Source: Enoplolaimus lenunculus
Lineage: Eukaryota
Length of the DNA: 64,000 bases
Assembly: GCA_030248215.1 (NCBI GenBank)
Contig: JASANG010002430.1
Span: forward strand, 186,001-250,000
Direction: 5' to 3'
Part shown: in pieces, positions 12,953-26,631 of the stretch
Numbering within the stretch: the first letter of the stretch is position 1
Layout: each line of letters starts with the position of its first letter
The notes under the pieces: generated by a model
Database searches by the model: none
What the model was told of the DNA's origin: nothing
The model's input: only the letters and a program-made list of their open reading frames with translations
Program-made: the position numbers and the translations under genes

Positions 12953-15900
12953 ATGAACATTGAAATTAACTGTTTTTAACTTAGGTTGGCACTGAATTCA
13001 ATAGTTTCGTTGCCAAAAAGATTACTATAACATTCAAGGTTAAATTTCGTAAATAGAATCATCTTTGGCTGTCGGTCCGGTCATTTAGTCAAAAAATTAA
13101 ACCTTTGGGTATTAATTTATAATCTCAAAGCACAGTGTTTCCAGGCCATGGCGAACCCAATTAGAGGCAGATCCAGAGGGACGGGCGTGAAGGGCGCCCA
13201 TAAATGAAAATGATAAGGCCCCTTACCTTACAAATTTTTATTTTTTTACCAAATTGTTTTGCCATGAAATATGGTAAGGTCCGTACTTTACAAATTTCTA
13301 CTTTGTGCAACAAAAATTGTGTTTGGTTTCTCGATCGCCACGCTTACGAGGTCTTGAGTGTGGCCTCGAATCGCTCCGTTCATTTATAAAATTTGAATCT
13401 TCTTCAAGTCCCCGGAGTCAAAAAGATCAACGAAAATATAATTTATGTGGTTTCCAAATTTAATATTAAATTAACAGAGTTAATATCCTCGGGGTGTCTC
13501 GTCTAAAGTCTGTCCTTAAATGGATTCAGCATTTTAAATCAAGACCAGCGGCGCAACGGTTGGAGGACTGGACGGCTGCCACTGTGCCTCATTTTTGCAG
13601 CCAAAACATTTAGCACATGACAACCGAAATCTAGAAGAAAACTTCATTGAAAAATGATAAGGTCCCTACCTTACAACGATAAGTTGTGTGAAACTAAAAA
13701 TGATCAGCTGAAAATTTCAGCACGTTTTTTCGTCCTATTTATTCTGCAGATCCATCAATTAGATGGCCACCAGCCACGACCACCTACGGGGCCACAATGT
13801 ATAAATACCTAAAGAAACATCGCTAACAACGCGAGCGATAACAAAAACACAATTTTAGCGTTAAATCCTATTTATAAAAACTTATGTATTGGAAATGATA
13901 CATGGGCGGTCCTCCTTGATCTTTCTGCGCATCCGCCCTTCAGACCAGCCCTTATTACCGAATCAGCTTAACTAAACCTAATGAGGCACTAACACTAAAC
14001 ACCAAGACCTTACGACGACAGATCAAAGATGTATATTCATGGATTTAAATTTATTTAAAGTTGAATTAATTATTATTAAGCTTTTGTCTGACGTACCTAA
14101 TGAAATTTGTACTTGCACAAATTGTGTTGTATCGTATACAACAACTGGTGTCTTTATGGTTGCATTATCATGTATATGTGTGGCACCTACCACCAATTAG
14201 AAATACGCTTGCAATTAACTTTTCTGCTATAACAAATGGGGGCATTTTGGAATTTTAGCACGTTTTGCTCATTTGTAAATTATGCCAGATCGGCATACGT
14301 TTGGGAATTCGTTGCAGCCGAGTTATCTTCAAACAGAACCTTTTACTGACGGCTATTGTACACTTTTCCTCACATTTAAAAATAAGACTTTTAGGCTTAG
14401 GCAAAAGATAAGGTAAATGATCAGGCAAAGGTTAAGGCTTAGCATTTTGGGAGTAATTATATATTAAACGGCGGTCGCGTATTAATGAAAATAAATAAAA
14501 ATGCAAGCGAATATTGCAACTTTAGACGTGTTAATTTCGATAGCAATATCGAGCTTTATTCTCAACTGTGTGTAGCAACTATCACCAATTGGTAAATAGG
14601 CTTTTAAATAAAGAAACTGCGATGCTTGGTGATCTGAAAATTTACGTATAACTGGCATTAAGTCAGGTATAAAAATGTGCTAAAATTTTAGTCTATTTAC
14701 TGATTTTTTTTTAGTTTTACTAAATCAGAAACAAAACCAGAAATGACTAATTTGTTCTTTTAGTTGATTAATCAACTCACTGGAATTTACAGTGAAGTTT
14801 TTAAAAAATTACAATTATCATTTTTATGGTACACATGGTAAGACCGTCGCTATACCGTAGCGTAACATACCACTGCATTGCGGAAAAGGAACGAATCCCG
14901 CTTCAGCTTCGTTACCACGAATCGTTTGTTAAAAAGGCAACACTTAACCTCCACTATCGGAAAAAATTTCCGGTCAGAAGGGTGGTATTGTATGAAAACG
15001 TACATCCGGTAATTTGGCGTTTTTGGACTCATTATCAGGTTTGTTAATTTTCGAACAAGAATTTTCTTAAATATAAATAACAAATCTGGTTATTGCTTGA
15101 ATATTTACAAGTATAAGATTGAATAAATAAAATTGTTGCATTAAATCAACAAACATTCTTATCACTTGCAATGAGTGAATATTCGAGAAAGATAGAAATA
15201 TATAACCTTGAAATATCTGGCCCAACATAACAAATTGTACTTTTCAGGATTGTAACAATTACCTGTTGAATGCTAGAGATCATAAAACTTTTGTTATTCA
15301 CTACGCTTGCTCGTATAAAACATTAACATACAAGTAGTTATACCGTCGAGATGAAATCTTAGCAACGGTTTTTATCATTTGCCCAGTTTAACTAACCTGT
15401 TGTTTACACATGTCCCATGTCAAAATATACACTTCTTCGCTGACGGTTTCCTACATCTAAAGAACAATAGCGGTGAATATATATCGGTATATAGATATAT
15501 TATATATACATATAACAAACAGACTGAACACGGACAAATAAATTTCATATATACAACAGGGATATAAAAAGAGTACCATGTATAAACTCGATGGTCAGTG
15601 TCAATTTTAGGAGTTCCAATAACGATTCCTTGCTCATCTGAAGCTCACAATGTGTTTTTGGCATAATAGCTAAGAACCATTTCAATACCTACACAACGTA
15701 ACCTGCCCCACCGGAACAGATCTTTAATCAGTCGCACAACAATTTAGACTTATATTCACGCTCAGACTTAGGCGCATATTTATTTTTTTCACTCATACGG
15801 TTAGCATTTAGAAACGTTTTAAGTTTATTTTGAGACCGTTGAAGGTAGCCGCCGGAACGACAGTGTTCGACTGTTCAAGAAACCAGAGTCGAATTTGTAG

Positions 15901-16825
15901 CATTTTTACAATATTACCATTTCTATTAAAACTGCAGACCCGTAGCTAGCTCACCTTGCTAGGGGGGCTAAAAATTTTTCAGGAAGGGCATACAAGGATC
16001 ATCAATGACTTTACCAGCAAAGTTGAAAATTTTCTAGGGGGCCAAAATCTTTCGAAGGGGCTGAGCCCACCCCCCTGCCCTCCTTGACTACGGGCCCGTA
16101 AACTAAGATAATATTCTCAAATATGTATAGCATCTGTTGCCAAAGTGTTTCAAACAAGTGTACTGCAGTAACCACTAAAGTGAAAATTTGCTTTCAAGTA
16201 GTAGGTCTAACCATGCGAAAAATGTGACTAACTTAGAAGGTCACCACTCGCTTGTTCAAAAATTACTACCAAAGCAGATCTTTAGCCATCATTCTGACGA
16301 TTTATTAATGATTTAGTAATCGCTACTTCATTACTTTTTATGATAAAAGCGCAATGCTAAAAGCAGTATTCTCGTTTCGGGTATTAACTACGGTGTGATT
16401 TTAGCAAAAATGGTACTTAACCCATCCGTCGGACATAAAATGATAAGTAAAGTGTATGACTTTTGACCATTGTTGCAGTATGCCTGTCTGTATTCTTCAG
16501 TTTCAGTAAAAATTGCTCGAACAGCTGACTGTATTAGCGACCTACTAACGCTGCAAAGCGGTTCAGCTTGGCCTTAATATTAAATGCAGTTGAGCATTTT
16601 TTAGCATTTCAACACTTTTAATAAACTGTGTTATGAAACCATAAATACCAGGACCCAGATTTTTGAAAATTAACCAATTCTATGGAGTGCCGTTGTCACT
16701 GCAGTAAGGAGGCTATTGAATTAAATGTGGTGCTATATTTGAAAATTGGTGGAGCCTATGGATTCAAAATTTTTTTAATTCTCAATTTTTTCAGCTGAAA
16801 TTCGATTCGAATAAAACCTAAAAAT

Positions 16826-16827
<2 letters not shown>

Positions 16828-16912
<85 letters not shown>
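16828..16912. repeat. (TA)n(TG)n microsatellite
   Basis: Directly visible. Confidence 0.95.
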
Positions 16913-16913
<1 letters not shown>

Positions 16914-17825
16914 TTTTCATTGCTTAAAACCCTCCTGAAACTCAGTCTACGAACGTAATGGAATAGGCAGAAGAACAAAACTTATCACAATTAAAGTTGA
17001 ATGTGTGGCCTGGCGTTGGAAAAAACAAACTATTTTATAAAAACGGCCCGAAAACGCAAAACTCTCACATTGGACTATTAGAAAAAGGCGACAAACTGTG
17101 TTTGCGTGTCAACAGATGGGACCCACAGCTATTTGTGACGACAACGAGTATCTATAATACGGAGGGTCGGTCGATGAGGTGGAATATATACAGCAGGGAT
17201 GTGTAAAGGAAATGTGCCCTGCGAAATTGTTAAGGGGACAAAAATGTATTTTTTGTCAACAGATTATCTCGCTCTCAGTGCTTGTGTTTAAACTTTGGTC
17301 AGTGTAAAAGATCGGGGCAGAACGGTTTTCTGCGGGACTGCCATAAAGTAAGTTTCAGCTTTACATATATTTTTTGCTTAGGCTTAGGCTTTAGGCGCTC
17401 TGTGAAAATAAAATCAAAGCAAAGCCCGCGACATCTAGGTGGTTAATCGCCGTTTTAAAATTGGGGGCACATTTGTAAGTGTTTTATGAAAGTAATCTAT
17501 AGTTAAAAAGTAGAGTCAACAACAGATACGAGAATATTGCGGTGAAGTTTTGTATTTAAGCAAATCTGATCAATACGCGTCGGTTGTAAATAACTCTTAG
17601 TTTAGGAATGTATTATACAGATTTTTTATAAGCTGACAAAATGTTATCCAATAGAAATAATATTTAATCCATGCTGCGCCACATATGCGAGTACAAATCT
17701 GTGACAAGAACAGACATTTGTAAACTTTAAACAGGGAAATTGTTAAACAACCTAAGTTTTAAAATTCACAAGTGTTACTCAGTTCACTGCATTTCTTTTC
17801 TATTGCGAATATCCTGACAAAGAAA

Positions 17826-18402
17826 CAGTGGCGTACCGAGAAGTTTGGATTGGGGTGGGCCGCAGCCTGTCAGGTCCGTGCCTTGGGTTTTCAACTAAAA
17901 GTTAATTTTAGAGCTCTTTAGCAGTGACCCATCCACTTTTTTGGCCGAAAATATGAGATTGGTCACGCTTTCCTACTCGGCTGTGTCAGCAATTTTAGAG
18001 TCCTTTTTTAGATTCCTTAAATTTTTGGCGGCCGAGCTAACGGGCCAGACCGAATTGTTCGTTACGTGAACATCATTGAAAGAAAATATCGCGAACGAAG
18101 CGAGCGAAAAGCTACACACTATTACCTTTAGTTCTCGTACAAAATAACTTGGCTTGAAATATCAAGACTCCTACTTTCTAAAATTATCACGCCCTTGAAG
18201 TCTAGAAAAGCTCGTTGCCAGGATTTAGAGTGAGTTTTGAAGAATTTGCGAGCGAAATGAGCGACAAGTTATACATATTTTCAGTATTAAATTCCTCTGC
18301 AAGAGTTTTAAAACGTTTATTTATTCATAAAGCTGACTTATGATACACAATTGACTCGAATTAGGGGGTGGCCACCCGGCCCCCCACCCCGGTACGCCAC
18401 TG
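17826..18402. mobile_element. hAT-like non-autonomous DNA transposon (second family)
   Basis: 13-bp TIR cagtggcgtaccg / cggtacgccactg; flanks caaagaaa / catagaaa (7 of 8 TSD match). Confidence 0.75.
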
Positions 18403-21400
18403 CATAGAAATACACTTAGCCAAAATCACGTCCTGTCCGACTTTGGGTGCTATCAAAATCGGAGATCTGGTTACACCAAATATTGATAAATGTACTAGAA
18501 CGGTAGCAAAATGGAATTAAAATATACAATCACCCAGCGGATTCAGGGGAACGGTCATCCGAAGCTTGTGTGCCATCTCAACAGGGATCAAAACCAAAAT
18601 TTTGTATTAAATTCCATGCGGTTGGGTTCTCGCTCGCTTCGCTGACAGAATTTATTTCGCTGTTATATATTGAGCAGCCCTCCATCATCAAAAATTTTTG
18701 CATCTGCCGCTTCGAACTCCTGTCAACCCAATGTACCTACGTGAAGTGTCGTTTTAGGCGCATTTGTTTAATCAGATAAAATTTGCTGTAGAACAAATTA
18801 GCTTTTTCGCTAAAAGCGGTTTTGCCTTTAGTAGCAGGTGGTTGCAAAGCGAAGTAGCCGGTAGAATTTAAAGTTTTCCTGGGAAGCAAGGTTTAATGTG
18901 AGATTTACTATTACGAGCTACACGATTTGTTTGGTGTTTTTCAACTTAGAAATGTGTTTTGAAAATAAAGCAGCGCTGTTTCAGAGGTACAGCCAGGTAA
19001 AGATGGAGCGCAACCTTTGAGTCCATGTTTCCTGTTATTAACTCAGAAATAAGCTGAAATGACTAATTCGCCCTCTGATTTAATTAATCAACTCACTGGA
19101 ATGTACAGTGTAATTTAAAATACTGGCGACGCGTCTACGCTTAGGGTCTGTATCACCAGTACTGAATTTTCATGTGAACTTCGGAAAAATTTAGACAGTT
19201 GTCGAAAATTTGGCGAAACGGCTAAAATCATATATCAAGGTACGACCTGATGTATTTTACGCTTCGATACAACATTGAATTGTGGCCCTGGTCCAATTCA
19301 TGTTATTTACCAAAATAATTCCATAAACCAATTTTTTTTCATTTTGTTGTTAAAGCCGAAATTCCAACTCGCCAACCATAGCCATTTCTACAACGTAGCC
19401 AAGATGCTGGCTCACCCATGTTGATGATTGTAAAAACAAAATAGACTATAAAATAGTACAATAAAATACATTTATTTGATTTAGTGAAAATTTCATCGTT
19501 GAAAATTAGAACCATACGGTCGTATTCCAATAAGAAAATCAACCAGTATTTCATTTCGAGAGGGAATATCAAATCGTTCAACAAATTAAGTCGTATAAAA
19601 TAGCTTTATAATCCCGAAATAAATCGAAATCTCAGCTATTGTGAGCTAAGTATGTGCCCGTTCTGAAAACTACTCGTTGGCTGTGTGACGCAAAGTTTTC
19701 ATTGAAAAAGTAATTTCAACAAAAGTTTAGCAGGAAAACAAAATTAAACCGATATCTTGGCGAAGCGTAGCATTAAAAATAACCTTATTTGAGCACGTGT
19801 TCTATGAAATTCAGAGGGCCCCCGTTACTTTGAGGAGCGTACTTATTTTCAATGGGACTCTAACAGTGTAAACTTAAGCTTCAGATCAATTTTTGGTTAG
19901 GCTTAGAGCTTTAGGATGATGCTTATTTACAGATTTGTCTATATGCTGACGCTTACGCATAGGTTTATAGGAATATGCTCATTTTTGTGTTACGACAGTC
20001 AATAGTATACATAGACATTACACCAATCATCTAATTGCTGCGATGCATCCATGAATTAAAGTATAGGACAAGTAGATTTACAGAGAAGACAATAAAGTTT
20101 TTCAAGCAATTAATGCTGTGGATCAGTAAGGAGTAGCCACCCCCATACCCTTCATTTGGGGGCCCAACCATAAAGGGGCCCCCAAACAAAAACCGCTTAA
20201 GTTTTAAAATGCGTCGCGCTAGCTATACTAAATTTAAATGACAATCCCAAGCAAAACAAGCTGCAAGTTTCACATTCTTAGTTCTCGGTGCAAAAACTGG
20301 AACGTGCGACTCCTGATTCACGCAAGCAAGGTCATGAAGCGAGAACTTGCAGCTGCAATTCGCAGCTATATGATTTTACGGGATTCCATTAGGTACAACA
20401 TTCAACACTTGAAGCTGCAAGTTGCCGCTGCAGTTTTCGAAAACATTTACAAGCCCAAGTTACAACTGCAACGTTTGGATGCGCATCTATAGCCTGCAAA
20501 TTGCAGCTGACAATTCTCGATGCAAAAACTTGCACGTGTCACCTGACCTAAGATATTTCGTAAATTATTCAAGACGCAAAATTAGAGTACAATCAATTAC
20601 TATTCTGCTTTGGTTTGAAACTGTAAAAATACGTGACGGGTGAATTGGTTTTGTCCTACATACTCAACTATGACAGAAAAAAATTAATTTATAAACATTG
20701 CTTCCACGGTCTGGTTATTTTATCACAACGAAATGTAAAATCAATCAATAATTCACTAAAAATGACAAAAGCACAACGTATGTGAGTGACAGAAGCTGGT
20801 TTAAGCACGGTATAAATTTATGGACCCATATAAACTTTGAGCAACGAACTATTTATTCGCATGACTATAATAGAGCAAACTTAAGCTTTAGATTGATTTT
20901 TTGCTTGGCTTCAGGTTAGGCATACGCTTAGGCTTAGTTATAAGCTTATCGCTACGCTGTGACTTAAGCTTAATCTTAGGTGTAGGCTTTTAGAAGTATA
21001 CACTGATACGTCTATGGAAGTTGACCCATTTATGTATGGCCTGCAATAGGCTGTAAAAGACCCCGTAACTATTGTAACTACGGTCGATATTCTAAAAAGC
21101 ATATAGAAGCTTTCCCTGGACAAATTTTGGCCCTGTAAGAAAATTCCCAACCTTTGTTTGAAAGCCATCGAAACCGCTTACATGTTTCTCCTGAATAAAC
21201 TTTAGCCCCTCCCCCAGCAATTTGAGCTGGATACGAGCCTGTTTGAATTACCATTGGCCGAAGTGCTGTATGTAGTTCGACTCAAACAACAAAAGAAGTT
21301 TAAACGCAGCCAATCGGCAAAGCTTTCCAGCAAACACTAATCGTTAAATTAAGTACACGAGATAAGCTTACAATACCTGGCGATACATAATTTATCACAC

Positions 21401-21499
21401 CTTAACGTTCAATTGCAAAACGGACCAAATTCACATATTCGCAAAAGGTCTGATTTACCTCTGGATTGGCATCCTAACCACCAGGTTGCAAGCGAACGT

Positions 21500-21640
21500 C
21501 TGCTTCGGCTTCCGCTTGAAAATCTACTTCCGGTTCCGGTAAGGATTTGCAGGAAATTTTAACAATTTCGATTTGAAAATTTCGTTTATTTATTGAAAGT
21601 TGTGTCTTTCAGTGATTTTAACAGAATTTTGGTGAGTAAT
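21500..21640 (+). promoter_or_regulatory. Possible core promoter or non-coding first exon
   Basis: Tandem ETS-like acttccggttccgg at ~21526-21539, followed by donor-like gtaagg and gtgagt. Confidence 0.25.
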
Positions 21641-22829
21641 TTAGTGAATTCTTAATTGCCAGAATTTGTCTAAAAATAGAACAGGTTTTCGTCGCAGTAT
21701 CATTGTTGTTGGCTTATTTTCGCTGTAGTTTTTATTGGCTATGCAGTTTTGGAGATTCTATATCACAATTAAAAATACGTGACCAGGTATCAATCGTTGA
21801 TACACAAAGTCCGAAAGAAATGCAACTAAAGAATAGTAAGTAAGGCAATGAAACAACAAATTTAACAGAGAAAATTTAAGATACAAAACCACAAAAGATA
21901 TAGAGGGTAGGAGAAATAAAAGAGAGAATGAAAGAAACAATGAAAAAGAAACAATCAAACATGACAGAGAAATAAATATGCGAATAACTCATAGAAACAA
22001 ATTAATAAAATACAGAAACAAAATTGGAAGCGAATGCAAAAAGGCTATGTTTTTGTAAGCTCAATTAAAACCTGTAGTTTATGTTAAACCACAGTTTGTT
22101 AAATCTTTTCCTACTCAAATTCATGAAGTTTCAACTGAAATTCTATTTCAAGTTCAAAGTTGAATCAAGATTCTTGGATCAGAGGCGTTTTCCACCACTC
22201 CGCTCGACAATAACAGCTCAAACGCTCAACCCGGGGTTGGGGGTCTATTGCCTATTAATTTCGTTTATAGATCAGTTGTGTCAATAAACTTTGAGCTACG
22301 TTATTGCTTATTCGAATTACAGAAAAGATGCAGACCTGGAGGTCATAAAAGGCAAAACGCAAGAATTTTTTAATTTAAACATGGAACCGCTCTGTTCACC
22401 TCTATCGAACCATTTAAAGGTGGGTATTTGACCGAAGGTATGAAATTCAGCAGGTGATTTTAAGTATTTATACGCAGTGTATAATTTTTTCCTATTAATG
22501 TTTCAAAAAATAATGATTGGTTTGTGTCATGAGGTGTCATATAAAACTGCGGTCTATTTCAAACATTAATTTTAGGAAATTTCGCCAGCGCTTTTACTAA
22601 GCTTAAGCCTAAGCTTGATTTGTTGCCTAAGACGAAAAGGAAAAGATAAGTTTAGGCCAGAATTTTAACCATTGTTCTTCTTGCCAGTTGCTAGTGCACA
22701 CCTTAGCATTAATGTAATAGGATTCTAAGCTTTTAGCTTAACAGCTCATCTGTTTAAATACATTTATGAATGATCCCCGCTAGTTTATATACTCAGAGCT
22801 TCTAACCAATGTTGAAAACCTGTCAAAAA

Positions 22830-23390
22830 TACTGTAGTGACCCGAATAAGAAGGGGCTGATATTTATTTGGCGTCTCCATAGCGTACCCTTTGTTATTCG
22901 GTTACGGATAGTTATTTATTTTTAACCCGCCCTCCACAGCCTTTCGTTACTGATATATAACCAGCACTGCAACAATCCGTGGAAGTAAAAGTTTGTCTTG
23001 TATCAAAAGATTGAGCGATAATGCACGGTTATACTTTAGAAATGTGCCTTCAAAGCTGAGTGTGCTTTAAAGTTCCGAACTCAACTCATTTAGTTTTGGA
23101 GTGATTTGTGCACTACAATAAGGGATCACTGACAATTAAGGGTTCTAACTAGGATTGTTCAGGGACTCTATACGCTTACGGACTCTTATTACAGACACGG
23201 ACTCCTATTGATTGAGACTCAAAATGGGGGCCCTCTCTTATTATCCCCTCTTATCCTTGACAATTATGGATTCTAACCAGGGTTAAACAACTCCATCTAC
23301 TCACAGACTCTTATTACGGATATGGACTCTTATTGATTGAGACTCAAAATGGAGACCCCCTCTTATCCCCCCTTAATATCCCCGTCTTTT
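22830..23390. mobile_element. Inverted copy of the TA-flanked MITE, internally duplicated and truncated on the right
   Basis: Starts tactgtagtgacccgaataag; reverse-complement match to 24279-24732; the ~110-bp block with gactcttattac..gagactcaaaatgg occurs twice. Confidence 0.7.
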
Positions 23391-24278
23391 TAATTTTAGC
23401 CTCAAAAGTTGCAGGTCTGCTGAAATTCCACATGAATTTCACGTGCACGCGTTCATTTATAAGCAAAAAAAACAGAAAATCATCTTTTCAAAACTGCAAC
23501 AATCATTATCCCCCGTTCCTATATTGTTTGCATTGCCCTCTCTCTCGAGACTCAAATATTTGTTTACTCATATGTGGTTTATTTCTGGTCGATAATCTGC
23601 GGGAGTAAAGAGACTGATTGGTTAATTTGTAAGCTCGGTAAATTTGCCAGGTCGGGTCTAGGATTTTCTAAAAAAACACCGGGGCTGAAATTATTGAAAT
23701 AATTTATAGTTAATACGCTATTCATTCTCACAAGAGGTCCACAACAACGTTACAGTGTTCTTCCTTATATTTGCTTATGGCTTAGGTTTCGGTTTAGGAA
23801 ATGGAAAGTATACATTGAGCCCATGCCGGTTGGCCATGGTTCTCCGCTTCGCATAAGGTTAAAAGTCGGGTCTGATATTTAGAATCGATTATAGGTTCGA
23901 CTTGCACAAATATGCATTTTATTTGCATATCATTTATGTATTAGAACATGCATACAATTGCTGTAATTTGAGCCTAGATCCGGACTCAGCTTGTCATAAT
24001 TTCCGAAAAATTGGGAACAAAAATTTTGCGACTAAAATTTTGTTTGGATATTTTCCAGCAAACGACACGGTAAAGTTTTGAGCATATTTTTGATTGACAT
24101 TGAGTTGGACATTGTTTATTGCAGGAAGTGCAGGTGCAATTTTGTGCAATAAGTCAAATTTTAACGAATATGTGTGCGAACTGAAGAGTGTTAACTTCTT
24201 TATTTTTTTGCAAATTTTAATCCAGGATTTTGTTGCTGTTTTGCTGGAAAATCTGGGATTTCAATTATATTTGAATGT

Positions 24279-24732
24279 TACTGTAGTGACAAGGATAAGT
24301 GTGGGGTAATACGAGGGGGGTCCCATTTTGAGTCCCAATCAATAGAAGTCCGTATCCCTAATAAGAGTACGTAAGCGAACAGAGTCCTTAAATCTTTAGT
24401 TAGAGTCCATAAATGTCAATTATATACCTGTAAAAATGTGTGCATAAATGACTCCAATACCAAATAAAGTTAAGTTCGAAAGTTTAAAGCATACTTAAAT
24501 TCTGAAAGTATATTCATATAAAGTATAACCTTGCCTCATCGTTTAAGCTTTTGATACAAGACAAATAAACGTTTAAATTCAAAGGGCAGTTGCAATACCG
24601 GATATGTATCAGTAACGAAAGGCGGCGGAGGGCGGAAAAAATAAATAACAGTCCGTAACCGAATAGTAAGGGGTACCCTTTGGAGAGGTCAAATCAATAT
24701 CAGTGCCCCTTCTTATTGGAGTGACTACAGTA
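24279..24732. mobile_element. Second full copy of the TA-flanked MITE
   Basis: ta-ctgtagtgac...gtgactacag-ta; collinear with 49437-49884. Confidence 0.75.
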
Positions 24733-25197
24733 TTTTTGAGTTTTTAACTGTATGTTACATATCATCATACAGCTGACACTGCACTCGGCTAACCTACGCA
24801 TGAAATATCGGTGTTTAAGCATAAATGTCAGAAAAAATTTTTTTGACACATATACATACACTGTAGACTTCAGTGAGTTGAATAATCAACTGAGATAACG
24901 ATTTAATTTTTCTGAGTTAATTACAGTAAATATTGTTGCAAAATACGATCTCAGTTTGTAGAAAACTAGTAAAGTACAGCGGCAGGGATGACCTGGATTT
25001 CGTTTTAGAAACGTAAAATTTCAGTAGTGAATTTTGGTAGCTAATGTAGCAGGCGGCGAGAATTTTTAACAAAAAATGTTAATTCTAAAGTCTTATAAAT
25101 GTATTTTTCGCATTCCTTCATAATATTTGACAAGGGAATATCATACGTAAGGTCACGTTTAATGTGACATGCTGTACCTTTTTATGTATGTCCATTT

Positions 25198-26631
25198 TGT
25201 AGGGATACCACTGGATCCGTGACTCCGCTGAGTTGAAATTTTCTGGGGAAACCCGAGAGACACGAAATTTGAGCGTGTCGGGTTGGAAAACCACTGGTGG
25301 AAATGTTTTTGGAGCCGTAGCGGGGTATTCACCTGGGGGATCCAAGTGTGTGACCCCTGGGTGTAGTACTCCGTAGGCGTGAGATTTGGTGGTTTCAAAT
25401 TTGAGATCTAGGGGTCTGAAGGGAGAGCGCAGGTGAGTGAAATTAGGGAAAAAGGTTGAGTTGAACTTGATTTGAGTGTTTTTGAGCCCGGGGCGGTCTT
25501 TTCTGTCTTTTGCCGGCTTGTGTAGTCTCTTACAAGTTGGATAGAAACTGGGATTTTTGAAATTTTGAATTTTCGGGGTAAAGTAGGGGGTGTATGTTGT
25601 TTGTATTTCTGAAACTTACCTGTAGGACGTTATATGTTATTGAGTTCACGTTAATATTGTTTTGGTGAACTCATCGGCGGTTATTCTTTGTTGTTTGAAC
25701 TTACTTGGAATTTGTTTTGCAGATTTAGGAACCTAGGAACATTAGGTATGGCTCAATGTTTAAACATGACATGGATATATTGAATAATGCGTAATGTAAT
25801 ACTGGGTTATAACTTCATAGTAAACCAAAGGTGTCCGATTTGATAAGGGATGTTAGCCCCTATGATTCTTTTTAGTTGCTTGGAAATTCTGTTTCAGTAC
25901 TGACTCTGAGATTGTTGTTTTACCGAATTGGTACCATTGTTTTTGTTGGATTCCCGCAGGACGGGAATATTTCTGTTATTTCGGACCCAGTCTTGCGCGG
26001 GTCGCTACCGAGCAAGCCCGGGTCGGAATTCGTTATCGTGTCCGGACCGGAGGTGGATATTTTTCTTTTTCCTTTTTCCTTTTTCTTTTTCCCGGGTGAT
26101 TTTTGGGCCCTGAGTACTGAATGATTATTGTGTATAGTAAAAATTTCTACAGCCTGAGAAATAGGCGGTGCGGGTTCCCATTTTTCTTTTTCCTTTTTGA
26201 CCAACTCCTTTTTACCAAGAATTTATTTTTCCCCGCACTTCAATTTTTTTCCTGCTCACCGGATGGTCAATGCAATTTTGCCACGGTGGTCAGAAATTTT
26301 ACCTGGGGGCAGGAATGCGCGAGGATAAGAGTCTCCTAGCCCCAAAGCTTTGTCGGGATAATCTGTGTTGCAACGGCGTTCGCCGGCTTGCAGCCGGCGA
26401 GGAACTTTTACCAAACAGAATCGTATGCGACATTTTTCTCAACGATCCGGTAGCGATGAATATTTGCGTTCAGATGGTGCATACATTGCAGCCCAATGGG
26501 AATCCCATCCCGGACGTGATCGGGCGGAGTAGCATAACTAGACCTAGTAGCCAACCTCGATCAAACCATAAGGAGTACCCGCCAAGGATGGGTGGCAAGG
26601 ACTTTCGATCCAGGGTAACCTACCTTATACA
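25198..26631. mobile_element. Possible solo LTR or retroelement remnant
   Basis: Compositionally distinct, GC-richer block bounded by tgta...taca; no convincing 4-6 bp TSD and no recognisable gag/pol. Confidence 0.3.

Noticed and set aside
16775..16978. YIYI-repeat ORFs (also 53921-54109 and 45122-45304)
   Set aside because: Translations of (TA)n microsatellites or AT-rich low-complexity sequence.
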